From Ruditapes philippinarum (Eukaryota): 64,000 nt of DNA. The notes beneath the pieces are model-generated. The model saw only the letters and a list, made by a program, of their open reading frames with translations. It searched no databases and had not been told where the DNA came from. Position 1 is the first letter of the stretch; each line of letters starts with the position of its first letter. Below are positions 14,395-27,620 of this stretch, piece by piece. A program made the position numbers and the translations under genes. The stretch covers positions 1-64,000 of the forward strand of contig NW_026856091.1 of NCBI RefSeq assembly GCF_026571515.1, written 5' to 3'.

Positions 14395-15976
14395 GTATAC
14401 CTTTCTTAGTGTTTTTATTTAAACGAACGACTTATTTTCTTCAACAAACCATGGCGTAAATGACAATAAGTCAAATTTTTCTTCAGCCTAGTTGTTGTTT
14501 ATTGACGGCGGCTATATCACGCCTTAGGAATGATTTCCTGCTACGATGTTCTATACATTGTATTCAAATAATGAAAATGAGGTAACCGTTAGAAAACTCT
14601 TATTTAAGTGTCCCTGGACGGCGACATCTTGTTGCAGTGTGCACTTTCATGTTAATCCGTCATACATATTTTATATAATTCAAATGAAAGACAAACATAG
14701 TTTTGAGCATATACATGTATTTATTTCATAATGAGAACTTTAAACATAACATGATTTATATATGTTATTCGACAATATGCTAAACAGCTTTTGATATATT
14801 AATGGTTTCTATTTAGAACTCATTATAACTTATTTTGTAACACAATCTGTTGACATTTTTATGTGAGTAGTTGTCATATATATATACTGGTCTAAAGGGC
14901 CAGACGGCAGTTCGGATTTGAGACTTGTGCAAGTTATACACTTATGCAGAATTAAAATGTACAAGTTTTAGTTTCCGTATTATACGACAATATACAGTTA
15001 ATAAGATATGACCATTTCAATCTGTAAACTCCCTCCGTTAAGCCAATACGAATCGAGTATTAAATACCACATGACAACAGTGGATCGTAGAAGACATCAT
15101 AAAAGTTTTGAATAAAGTGTATGTCGATCAAGCACGGCAAGATTTTACTTTTTTGCCCTTTTAAAGCGAAGGCGTCTATCTCGAAAAGCCAGCTTTATTT
15201 AATTACATTCGTCAGTTCAGGTCTTGTTTTAAAGTAGTTATATCAACGCGAAGACCCAGAGCCTTGTTTTCGTATTCATGTGGTAGAAAGCACATTTCTA
15301 TGCTCCGTAAATTTCGGGGTGTTGAAATTCGACGGGAAGCTACGACATCGTAGTTAGAATTGTCATATCTTAAGTCTCATATGTCAATATGTCAATACAT
15401 ATGCATTTTTCGAGTATTGGAAAGTGATGGTGTGCATTTTCAATTTAGGCAGTAACTATTACAGATATTCTACGGTCATTCCTTCAGTAAAATAGTCTAC
15501 TCAAAACATATCTGAAATGTATGGAATTCTTACTCAATATGTCTTATTTGTTTTTGAATTAAATAACACTATATGATCATTTTGTGACCACCTATAGTGT
15601 GTAAAACTTCAAAAATAACATATCTACTTGACTGTGTGAAGTATGAACATGTTTATTTTATTTTAAAAGGATACTGTGTACCAAATTTTACTATTCAAAT
15701 ACGAAATTTGAGCAAAGTATACATCTTAAATGCATAAAGTACGAATATTGTCAGACTTTACTAACAATAGTAACATTTCCTGCAATATCAGTGTTTGAAT
15801 AGACGTATAATTATTTATCGGATGCAGAATAACTATGATATCGCAAGTTTTTACACTCTTTGTTGAGTATGAACATTCTGTCCTTGCTTTCATAGACCCA
15901 ATATTTATTTGAGCATATCTATCGGAGTATTTTCTTATTGTCATGCATTTTGGAATTTAGTATTATTCTATTTCAG

Positions 15977-16174
15977 ATCATGTTTGATAACAAGGACTTC
16001 TTGACATACCAGCTGCAGACCATCAATACCAACAAACATGCGCAATTTTACCATGGAACTTGTACAGTATCCTCAACGAACCAGGCCATTATTTTTTCAT
16101 GGCTACCGTTTGAGTGTCGAGTAATATCTGATGATAAATCCAACAAGTACTGTAACGCCGTGTATATCCAGTAA
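15977..16174 (+). CDS. Galectin-like gene, terminal coding exon (IMFDNKDFLTYQLQTINTNKHAQFYHGTC...AVYIQ*)
   Basis: Acceptor TATTCTATTTCAG, phase 0, open to TAA at 16172-16174; part of ORF-track entry 15938..16174. Confidence 0.7.
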   Translation: MMFDNKDFLTYQLQTINTNKHAQFYHGTCTVSSTNQAIIFSWLPFECRVISDDKSNKYCNAVYIQ

Positions 16175-18272
16175 CGCCGGAATTTGAAAATAACGTAGAT
16201 TTGTGCAATAAGTAACGCAGAATTATGCAATAAATGGCGGAAACCTGACAGGATTTCCGACGCGGTAAGAAAAACGGCCACTATATTTTTTACTTAACCG
16301 AACTGAAAAAAAATCAATAGCCGCATACGGCTGCGCAGATAATTTCCACGAAATTGTTTACTTGTCAAGATCATTCGTGAAAATGATGGCTTGACCACCG
16401 TTTTGAGCGAGATTTTGACTTTTCGTCGGCTCTTATAAGTACAACAATGCAAATTATACCATATAATTTTGTTATTCGGTACGCCAGTGACATAAACCTA
16501 ACTCCTTGTGATATAAAAACTTGAAAATAAACTGATAAAATGTGATTCAAGCCGTTTTTATGAGGTAACGCCGATGTAAGTGAATTGTGCTTTGCGGTAA
16601 CGCCGGAAAATGTGATTTTTTTCTTATATGTTACGGAATTATTTCAACGGTTTAACGCCTTTTATCGGCGAATATTATTAAGTTATTTGCGTCTTATAGT
16701 CGATGAATTTTCTTCGAAACTTATAAAGAAATATATGGTAACTAGATCTTGAGAAATTTCAACATTTTAATTGCATATTATAACTTGACAATTTGACAAT
16801 TGTTATCTGAAATAAAATTATTATTTGTGAACATACTGTCCACGTCGGAATTTGTTAGAATTAGAAAATAAGAACACAAAACTAAGTTTTCAAATAAATT
16901 GAATATAAAAATAATAGACAACAACCAAGAGAAGCAGTGCCGGTATTTTATGCCTGAAATAATGCACCAGTAAAGCTTGAAAGTCTTCATAATTATGTCC
17001 TTTATCGTAATATTTGGCTGTAGCAACTTGCCTGGTGATCTTCTGTGAAAATGGATTATTTATTTAATTATTTTTTTCTCTAATATAAGGAAGTAACTTG
17101 TATTTAAAATATATTTAACTTAGAAACTATAATGTCCAAAACTTGTAAAAGCATAACCTTATTGTCCTCTGCTAAAGTTAAATAAAGTAAAATCATTGGG
17201 CTACTCTAAGGGTTTCTTATTATATGTTAACATGTATGGAAAAAACATAACGAATCTATCGTAAGAGTTTATGCTAGGCATTACTATAGACGTTTTCAAA
17301 ACTTACATGACTAATGACCATTAAATAAGCCACCAGTACAGAGCGTCACATCCATACCAGTGATTATTTGCTCACTCAGGTAGCTCATTTGTACAAAAAA
17401 CATTATATATCTAATAGCAATCTCTCACACATTGAACAAACTGTTCCAAGTTCACAGCTGAGCAAAACCATTCATATTTTTTCCAGGTAAAGAGTGACAT
17501 AGACTAAAGATATGTTGAATATATTTTGGTTATTTACTCAATGTACATGTATATGGAGAGCAACTAGAGATGTTGAATATTTCATCTTTTCATGCCATGA
17601 AGGTCTAAAAGTGGACTTCTTCATGTTTCGTAATTAATTAAGAGTGAGAGCAATGAAAAATTATATAATTTATTAACAAAACTCATTTTCATAACTACGA
17701 TTTCAATAGATATTGAGAAATTGCTTCCCCGTTGTTTCCCCGTTGTTTCCTCGAGTAAGAAAATGTCCACGCACTGCTTCGTGCTCACTTAAACAAAGAC
17801 TTATATAAGAAAGCTGATAGTTCTGTGGTTACAAGGACGGATTTGAGACTGTGTCTTTTTTTCTACGCAATCAAACTAAAATAAAGTCTGTATAAAATGA
17901 ATAAAATTTCACCACAAAATTACATTACCTAAAATTGAAATTATACCGTATAATATGCGTTGTTGTACTTTTAAGAGTCGACAAAAAGCCACAATCTCGC
18001 TCAAAACGATAGTCAAGTCATCATTTTCACGATTGATCTTGAAAAGTAAACAATTTCGTGGAAATAAACTTGATGAGGGATAAAGAGTTATGTCTTTGCA
18101 GCCTAATGCAGCTATTCATTTTTTCAGTTGCGTTAAATAAAACATATATCGGCCAGTTTCCTTACAGCGTTGGAATTCCTGTCAGGTATCCGCCATTTAT
18201 ACATTCCTGCATAACTTAAAGCACGAATTGTGCGTAATTTTCACATTCTGGCGTTACTGGATATACAGGGTG
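16156..18272. mobile_element. Foldback-like non-autonomous DNA element with ~300-bp inverted arms
   Basis: 16156-16459 (TGTATATCCAGTAACGCC...AATGGCGGA.ACCTGACAGGA...TTCCACGAAATTGTTTACTT.TCAAGATCA...AAGTACAACAA) is the imperfect reverse complement of 17948-18272. Confidence 0.85.
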
Positions 18273-21104
18273 TGTAAAATCAGATATGTATTCGAGGGTA
18301 TGAGATTTCACTAATTTCGCGATTGAAGTTATTCACAAATATAGATGTTGTCTAAATATTTAAGAATTTTATAAACTGAACAGGCCTTACAGAAGATATT
18401 CCAGATTCTTTCAATTTTAGTTAGAAGTGCTTTCGTCAATATTTTCCATATCTTTGTTCTATATCTTTGTCACACACAAATATTTATATCTACATTGAAG
18501 ATATCATGAATCTGAGATGATAGTCTTATAATTAACTGCTGAATCTAGCATTGATTATTAACCTTTATACATAATGATTATTATGACGATGTATTTTTGC
18601 ATGGTAACATACACAATCACTTCCTCTACATAGAAATATTTAACATATTTATCTTTCTACTTTTCTTAAGATAATTTTTCTCAAACCATTTGTCTCAATT
18701 AAGATTTCCTTGAAATATTTTGGTTCAGCTGGAGGCATGCAGCTTTGCATATAAAATGCATATAAATCACTGTTAAGTTTACTGTTTGAAAAATATAATT
18801 TTGCCGAAATCTGTTGGCGTATGGAGTAGATTATTTAACTCCGAAAAATTGTTAATCAGCATGAACATTATGTTCCAATATTCAGATACTATTATTTTAC
18901 TGAAATAGATGTTTCAATGATGACTGTTAGATTTTTTTCTTAGCTTGGATGCAAGGTCTAGTAGTACAACATATTGAGTCATCCTCTAAACATGCTTCTG
19001 TTTCTTGCGCTTCAATGAAACAGCTGAAAATTGCTTTAAGCATTACCAATTAGGCATAAAAATATTGGAAAAATACATTTCTTTTATTTTCTTGAATATG
19101 CTACATAACATATATCGAGGTGAAAAATGTCCACAGATTTTTACATAGAATAATCATTGTTGAAATGTTAACAAATTGTCAGTGCTATAATTATTTTCAA
19201 GCTAGATATTTTTTGGAATAAAAAATCGAAATATTGCTATGTACAGCTTGATGTCGTTCAGATTAACGGCCATAAAATGTTTGACATTACTTTTTTATTT
19301 CTCAATGGATTATTTTAAACATGGATACAACAACCATTAGGACATTCATTTAAGAAAACCTGACTAACATGGTCATGTCTCATATATGACGTTAAAATTT
19401 TGCTGTTTTCTTCTAAAATGATCTATGACTACTTAGACACAGCAATTCATCCGACAAGACGTTTATTGAGACTAATTTGATGGTCTTTTTTACTTATTAA
19501 TGACTTTGACATTTTGAAGGCTAAATATTCATTGAAATTCAATGCTGCTTGATATTGGATTGAATTTGGCTTGATTTTGGCTATGGCTGTAATTTTTCTA
19601 TAAATGAAATGTCTTCATACTTGAACAACACATGTACCTTGACAACAATGCTTTCTATAATCATACTCACATTAAACTAGACCTTGTAGGTAAAATTATT
19701 GTAATTTAAAAGATTTAGTTTTGCTTTAATTGGCTATATCGTTGTATTTATTGAATGAATTCATACTTGTTCACAACAATCCTCGGGACAATACATTAGA
19801 GAAGACATAGTTGAACTTTTTTTTTTAATTTTACCTTTATTTGACCTTGAAACTAATAAATGAATTTTTCATCACGTTACCAATACTTTGATTGATAAGT
19901 AAGGATTTGTTTTATACTCAGACAAAAGAGTTCGTATGACATATTTCGTTTTTTTTATTAATTTGACATTTCTTTGCATTAACCGTCAAAAATAAATAAT
20001 TGAAATATAGTTATATTTTAAATGTGTTATTAATTTACAGATTGAGTTCATACATGAACAAAAGTACGCATATGATGAAACTGATACTGTTGAATTATTA
20101 TTAATTATGATCTGACTTCAATCTTTAATCGATATCATCTATTTATGTGAACACTTCTTTTCATTTGAAAATTGTTAAATATAGAAATACAGATTTTATT
20201 CATACTTTGACCAAAGAACGCATTATTTATGATAAAATCGACGTACAAAATAATTGTGATATTGACCTTTAATTGATATTTACATGTACAGATTCAGTCA
20301 AACCGAGTCTGAAATTTTCATGTAATTGTGCTGTTTTTTAATGCTTTCGAGGGCTCCCCTTTTTACTAGATATTTGTAATTGATGATGATTAAATCAAAT
20401 GTGACATTGACCTTTGAATGGTCATGACTGTCAAGGTCAAATATTTATGACATTTTAATTTCATTTGTTACAAGAATGTTACGTTTTGTAGGAGTACTCT
20501 TTACTAGAATAACCTTACTGTGATGTGTTTCTCTTATAAAGTAAGAACATATTATTTCGAGCGTGGCTCCCGCTATGAGAAAGCTCATTTTATAGTTATC
20601 ATTATCATTATTTTTGCATACATAATTTGTAAAGAAATCATTATTTTTGACGGATTATGGACGTAATAACAACGCTTTTGAACACAACATGCTTTTAAGA
20701 AGCTCGTACTTGAACTTTGCTAATTGGATCATGTAGTTTATAATGATATTTTATAGTTGTCATATCCTTTTGTTAATTCATGATCTAAGTCTGGTATCCG
20801 TCATTAAATGTTTTTATATTTAATTAAGTGATAATAAAAACAGAACGCAAACCCAACAAATAAAGTGGTTTTGAGTAGATCTTAAAATTACTGCACTTTA
20901 CAAGGCCAATATGAATTGTTTTCTCACTTTTTTATATAAATAATATATTTACTAAAAATAAAAGAATAAACTATATTTTTCAATCTTAAAATTTTATATT
21001 AACACGAGTATATTGAACATTATTCACTAGCACAATAAATGTTGTATTTTAATATATCTTCTTAGATGTTTTTTATTATTATGAAAAATCCGTTATTTTG
21101 AAAG

Positions 21105-21270
21105 GTAAGTTATCCAGGTAGCTTCTGGAACGTCGATGGTTCTATCCCGGTGTCCGTTCGTGCGTGGTATAATGTACTTAAAGCACCTGAGGTCTTAATC
21201 TACCAGTAAAACTGGTAAGCCGTCAATTGGCCTATACTGTATTTGTGTGAGAGGGAATCCAACCAAAAAA
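21105..21270 (+). mobile_element. Deu/Nin-domain SINE fragment
   Basis: TATCCAGGTAGCTTCTGGAACGTCGATGGTTCTA...GGTGTCCGTTCGTGC...GCACCTGAGGTCTT resembles the Deu/Nin core; a related copy lies at 54.4-54.7 kb. Confidence 0.65.
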
Positions 21271-21402
21271 GGACACATTTGAGTTTTAATACTGATTTTA
21301 GTTGACTGCAAATTTAATTTGTCATAACAAAATACACACCAAGTAAGGTAATAAATATTTTCAATTTCCGCCAAAGCTAAGTTCATAAAAAGCATCATGT
21401 TA

Positions 21403-21934
21403 TGGTTCACCTGAGCACAACGTTAGCTATTGTTATTCCCTCCGTCTGTCACCGTTCATCGTGTGTCGTTTGTTTTCAACAATCGCCAAACAAAATTGCC
21501 ACTGGTGGTAACCAAAGTACATAGTAATGTTTCCCTGGTGGTGCCCTTACAACTTTGTTCTAACGTAACAGGTCAATAACATATGAAGGCCAGAGTGCCA
21601 AAGAAAGTTTAAAATTATTGCAAACTTCTGTTTTGGTATGAAAGTTAAAGACCCTGACCATTGTGGTATATAACATCAACTAAAGTCCTCAAAGTTGTCC
21701 TAAAAAGACGAAAAAGATTGCCCCCAGCTCAATGGTTTATTGGTTCTCCTTTTTTGAAACCTCAATTGCAAGTTTAGATTTTTTTTGGAATTAAACATCA
21801 GCCAATGAATATTCATTCAAATTAAAAAATTCAGGACAAAACTGCCCCTGCAACATTGGTTTTTACCTAATATGTATGTATATAGTAGTCATTCTGTCCT
21901 CAGGTGAGCAATTTGAGACCAATTGCCCCTTGTT
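21403..21934 (-). mobile_element. Helentron-associated non-autonomous (HINE/CvA-like) element
   Basis: TCACCTGAGCACAA end, CCGTCTGTC microsatellite and CTCAGGTGAGCAA...CCCTTGTT end; reverse orientation of the copies at 41-44 kb and 63.7 kb. Confidence 0.6.
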
Positions 21935-24344
21935 GTCTAATTTTGTGTATCTTTGTGTAGTTAATCTTAAGACAACGGAAGTTCCAATGCATATGAAAAC
22001 ATATTATTGCATGTACATATAAGTAATAATGTTGTATATGATCATACATATATATTTATTTAGTAATGAATATTAAAATGATAATGTCATTAATTTTTTA
22101 AGTAAATATTTAATATCATTGTCCTATTGATTTATGTCTTTTTGACAAGTAAACATGTAACTTACTTATTTAAGTGCTGCTTAGTATAAGCAAATACTAC
22201 TATATTGAACTTAATTTTAGGGTTAAAATTGCCAGAGTTTAAGGATGATTTAGTGACTGGCTTACAATTGTGTTTAAAGAATGAACATTTTATGATACCT
22301 TTCCAAACAACATTTCACTCATTGGTTTCTTTTAGCCTATCTTCATAAAAATAAGGATTGATAAACAGCTATTTATTCAACTAGATTTGTTAATTTGATT
22401 AGAAAAAATAAAATGGAACAATACATGTATATATTAATAAAAAACTGGATAAAAATTAAGTTGATAAAGTTTCATTATTAACTGTTTTTATAATAAAATA
22501 TGTTATGTTATGCATTTAGGAGAGTATATTTTTTAAGATCTTGCTTTGTAAGCATAAAGACCTTCGACTAATTTTCAATTTCTCAAAAAAAGTATGTAAA
22601 AATAAAATATTGTACAGATTATATTGCTTGTTTTTATTTCCTTTTCAATCTAATAACTGTTATGTGAGATCAATTCTAGAGTTTATTACATGTTTCCAGT
22701 CTTATTGAGCACATGATTTTGTAGAAGGCCAAAATTTACTTATTTCTTGGACACTGAGCTTTTGAGTTAATAAACACACTCTTTTAAAATATGTCCGCAG
22801 CCAACCCATGTTTTAAAACCCTAACCCATAACCCTTTATCCTTATCTTTAACCTAGAACCCTAACGCTAGAAATAAGCTGATAGGTTTTGTAGACAAACA
22901 TAAATATTGAAGAAATAATATTCGATAAAATGTTAATACCTGTAGTAGCCGCGGGCGGATTCTAAGGTCAAGCTGTTAACACTACAGTATTTATAAAAAA
23001 AGAAATGATAATACATCGCAAAGCACCACATATGACGTGTTAATAAGCCTTGAATATTTAAACGTGTACTACCTCATAGACATCAAACAAAGCATAAATG
23101 ACGTTACAATGTGTACAGTTTGTTTATTGGTCTGATGTTTTGTTATATCTCGGTGGCCGATCCACCTCTGTCCTAGATTTACAAATTACTCTGCAAATCA
23201 ACATCTTACATGTAGATACAAATACAGCGGAAAGAGACACATGAAAATTAGAATAACTGAAAACAGTTATCTCGGTACAATTCGTCTCGCCCTAGGCCTT
23301 TAACCAGTATGTTTGACTTCAAATCCCTTGTCGTATACGAGGGATGTTCAAATATGAATTGAACTAGGCCAGTATCTCGCATTTAGCCACGTTTTGCACG
23401 AACTATGTGCATGTATCGCATAATTGGTTGTGTCAGCTCTCAATTGATACCATACATGACTGTGTAAATCAGTTCAGACTAACTTTGACAATAGCCTGAT
23501 TAACGCTATCTACTCGTGTATTCTAAAGTTAAAATGGTTGGAAAAGGTCTCCTTTACTGACCAAAGATATATAGAACCGCTGAATTTTTGGCAAAATACA
23601 CATTTTAATGAAACATGTCGTGTTTATGAAAACAATGAATACGCCTTTATGACTCCTTTACTTCAACCTTAAGGTACATCCGTACGTTGACTTAAAAAGA
23701 AAAGGCAGAATCCTATAACAAAGCCCATACTGACAACATTAAAAATGTTGCAGGGCCCATACTGATAACATTGAAAATGTTGCAGGGTCAGTTTGATCCT
23801 GTTCATGAACGGTACTGGAAAGTTAAAGTTATTGTCCACGCTCTTTAAGCAGATTCAACATTTAAACATAAAAATGGTGAAATTCTGAATTGATAAATAT
23901 CCGCAGATGTGTTGCCCGTTTCGGTCTTATGCTTGGAAAGAGCGGATTTGGCGTTGCTATAAAACGGTGAAAGTTAATTTGTATACATAAATAACAATCG
24001 TTTAAATAAGAATTACTAACAGACCACATAATTTCTAGATGGAAACTCCTTATTTATAACTGGAAATATAATTATCATTTAAAATTACAAGAATTTTTTA
24101 TGGAAACTAATTAACTGGAAATAAAGAAAATGATTAGAAAGTGTTTCTACGAGTTATTACCTTTACCACTGCTACACATATTCAATGGACTTGAAGGCTA
24201 TTGGGGAAATTGTTGTCTAGTTATTCTAGAAATATGATATGGTTTGCCAACATACCAACAGACATTTGAAAAAAGAATGTATGCCCATTTTCTTTTAAAA
24301 GGGACATTAAATACAAAAAATGAAGAAATGTTTATATGTTTTAC

Positions 24345-27065
24345 TATTATTGACATAGCCTGCATACTTAACTGTTGTATGCAAAACTGTTGACTCAACT
24401 ATTTTACGTTATAACCAGCTGAATATTTTATTTTTATGACATAACCTTCAGAATTTATACTTTTTGGCATAACCTGCATATTTTTATATTCTAACGTAAA
24501 GCCTGCATTGAATATTTACTTATTGATTACATAGCCTGCACACTTTACTATTTTGTGACATAACCTGAAAACTGTTTTATGATATACCTTTAGATTTTCG
24601 ATTTTAAAATATAACCTGACTTCAATATTCAATGACATAATCTGCAGACTCCACTATTTTATGACCTAAATTGCAACCTTTAATATTATATGACATAACC
24701 TTCCGACTTTACTATTTTATGCCATAACCTGCATACTTTACTTTTTATGAAAAACCTGCAGGGTTTTCTTATTAATTACATAACCTTCACATATCACTAT
24801 TGTATGACATAACCTGCAGACTTAATTTTTTTTACATAACCTGGAGACTTTACTATTTTATGTCATTACTTGCAGACTTTACTGTTTTATGTCATAAATT
24901 GCATACTTTACTATTTTATGACATAACCTGCAATCTTTATTATTTAATGGAATAACATAACCTTCAAACTTTACTATTTTATGACATAACGTGGAGACTT
25001 TACTATTTTATGTCATAACTTGAAGATTTTCTGTTTCATGTCATAACCTGCATACTTTACTATTTTATGACATAACCTGCAAACTTTATTATTTTATGCA
25101 ATAATCTGCATACTTTACTGTGTTATGTCATAACTTGCAGGCTTTACTGTACTGGCTAGTAAACCAGGGACTTGAAATGTCAAAATTTACAATTTGTGAC
25201 CTTGTAAAATCTTTTATTTCCGCATGGCAGGTTACGATTGACTGAAACAAACAAAAACAATCGTTCAGTATTGCAAGAAAATATGTAAACTCAGTACTGC
25301 TAGAAATAATTGAATACAAACATGAATATGAATTCAGTGGCCTTAGTTTTAGAAATAATCATGATTATGAAAATAAATACCATGTACTATACAATATGGA
25401 ATTTGAATAAAGGGATGCAACTATGAGAAAGATATTTTTACACTTAACGGCAGTTACTTCCCTTGACAAAGATCTAAGTCTGACGGTAGTCGAGTATTCT
25501 CAATAAAACAAAAAAACTACACTTTATATATATATATCAAAATAAACACAAAAATACACTTATGTATCGTAAAATTAGCTTCAGACTGTACATGACATAC
25601 GACGTGTAATTAGTGTACATTTCAATACCATGAAATTGGGTGGGTTTCGGACCTTGCGCGACTTCTAAACACTTCAAGCAAAATTTATGGGATCTAAGAC
25701 ATGTACAGAGAACACAAGCATACTTGCTGACAATATTCGTCCGTAGGTATAGTATTTGACCACAGAAAATTTGTCTATTTTTCAGTACAAATTCTATAAA
25801 TTCTGCAAACAGCTTGTTCACATGCTTTAAACTTTTCAATAAAAACTTTACGAATAAAGGACGACGACGTTATCATCTTATATGTACCTGGCTAAAAGCC
25901 ATCTATACAAAATGTGTACTAAAAATGTAAAAGTGGCACCTACATTTTCTATTTTATGTCATAACCTCCACACTTTACTATTTTATGGCATGGCCTGCAT
26001 ACTTTACTTGTTTATATCATAACCTCCACACTGTATTATTTTATGTCATAACCTCCACACTTTACTATTTTATGTTATAACCTCCACACTTTACTGTTTT
26101 ATGTCATAACCTGCAAACTTTACTATTTTATGCCATTAACTGCATGCTTAACTATTTTTTGTCATATCTTGCAGGCTTTGCTATTGTTATGTCATAGCCT
26201 CCATAATTTACTTTTTAATGTCATAAATTGCAGGCTTTACTATTTTAATGTCATAACCTTCACAATTTACTATTTTATGCCATAATCTGCATACTTTACT
26301 ATTTTATGACAAATGTAAGAAATTTTCTATGGTATAACATTACCTGCGGACTTTACTATTTTATGACACAAACAACAGAATTTACTTCAAGTATTTTATG
26401 TTATAACCTAAAGAATTTACTATTTAAAAAAATGTATGACATAACCTAAAGACTTTACTTTTTTATGAAATAACCTGAGAAATTTACAATTTTATGACAG
26501 AACCTGCATACTTTGTTTTTCATGAAAAAACATGCAAATTCAACTATTTTATGATATAGTCTGCATACTTTCTTTTACTTTTATGACAAAACCTACAGAC
26601 TTTACTTTTTATGACATAATAGCAGGCTTTTCTTTTATGACATAACCTTCAATATTTATTATTTTATGATATAACCTGCGAACTACGTTTCTTTTTCATG
26701 ACATGCCAAAGTTCCTTTTATGACATTACCTGCAGACTTTACAACTTTATGACATATCGCCAGACTTTACTATTTCATGACTTAAACTACATAATTTAAT
26801 ATTTTATGAACATTTGCCTGCAGATTTCCTTTTTTTATGACATAAAATGCTGCATTTCCTATTTTATGACATGACTTGCAGCATTTTATGACATAACGAG
26901 CCGTATTTACTCTTTTATGACATAACTTGCGGCATTGTATAACATTACGTGCGGTATTTACTATTTTATGACATAGCGTGCGGTATTTACTATTTTCGAC
27001 ATAACATGCATCATTGAATGACATAATCTGCGGAATACATTCATTTATGATGTAACCTGTAGAAT
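24345..27065. repeat. 29-bp minisatellite (ATGACATAACCTGCAGACTTTACTATTTT)n, interrupted at 25148-25944
   Basis: Period measured directly (CATAACCTG at 25042 and 25071); about 60-65 degenerate units. Confidence 0.92.
25148..25944. mobile_element. Candidate solo LTR (~0.8 kb)
   Basis: Cleanly interrupts the 29-bp array. TGTA...TACA termini; imperfect 5-bp target duplication TTTAC/TTTTC. Confidence 0.5.
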
Positions 27066-27444
27066 TTACTTTTTTTTTCAGATAAACTTAGCAAATAATA
27101 CAGAGGAAAGTAAAAAAAATATCACATGTAGTCTGTAACTTAGTGGTATAATTAGTGTGTAACTTAGTGGTATAATTTGTGTAACTTTATATGTGACGTC
27201 GTATACTATACGCTTACAAATATTTGAATATACTGTATATTTGCATATGGCAGACTTGTCGATATGGAATACGGATATTTCTCATGATTTTACCTTATGC
27301 TGGTGTTTTTATCTTATACGTTGTGTCTCATTCTTACATTAGTTTAGTTTTAAGTTATTTAATTTAGTTCAATTGTATTGAAAGCTAGATATATAAGCTG
27401 ATCAAAACTTATTACATTTAGTTTGATAGTATTAAAAGCTGTAA

Positions 27445-27620
27445 ACTTATTGAAACACTCTCGAATTCATTCCTGGAACCAACCAGTACTATGCAGTGAG
27501 TGTAAAGTTTCTTGCTCAAGAAAATATCTTATTTAATTGCTTGCCCTGACGGTTTGTACCCACACGGCCAGCAAAGTTTAGGTGACCAGTACGACCTGTT
27601 AAACAACCCAGCCATATCGC
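27445..27620 (-). mobile_element. CORE-type SINE fragment
   Basis: AACCAGTACT...TAAAGTTTCTTGCTCAAG is the reverse of the CORE-like CTTGAGCAAGAAACTTTA motif; degenerate tRNA head. Confidence 0.55.
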
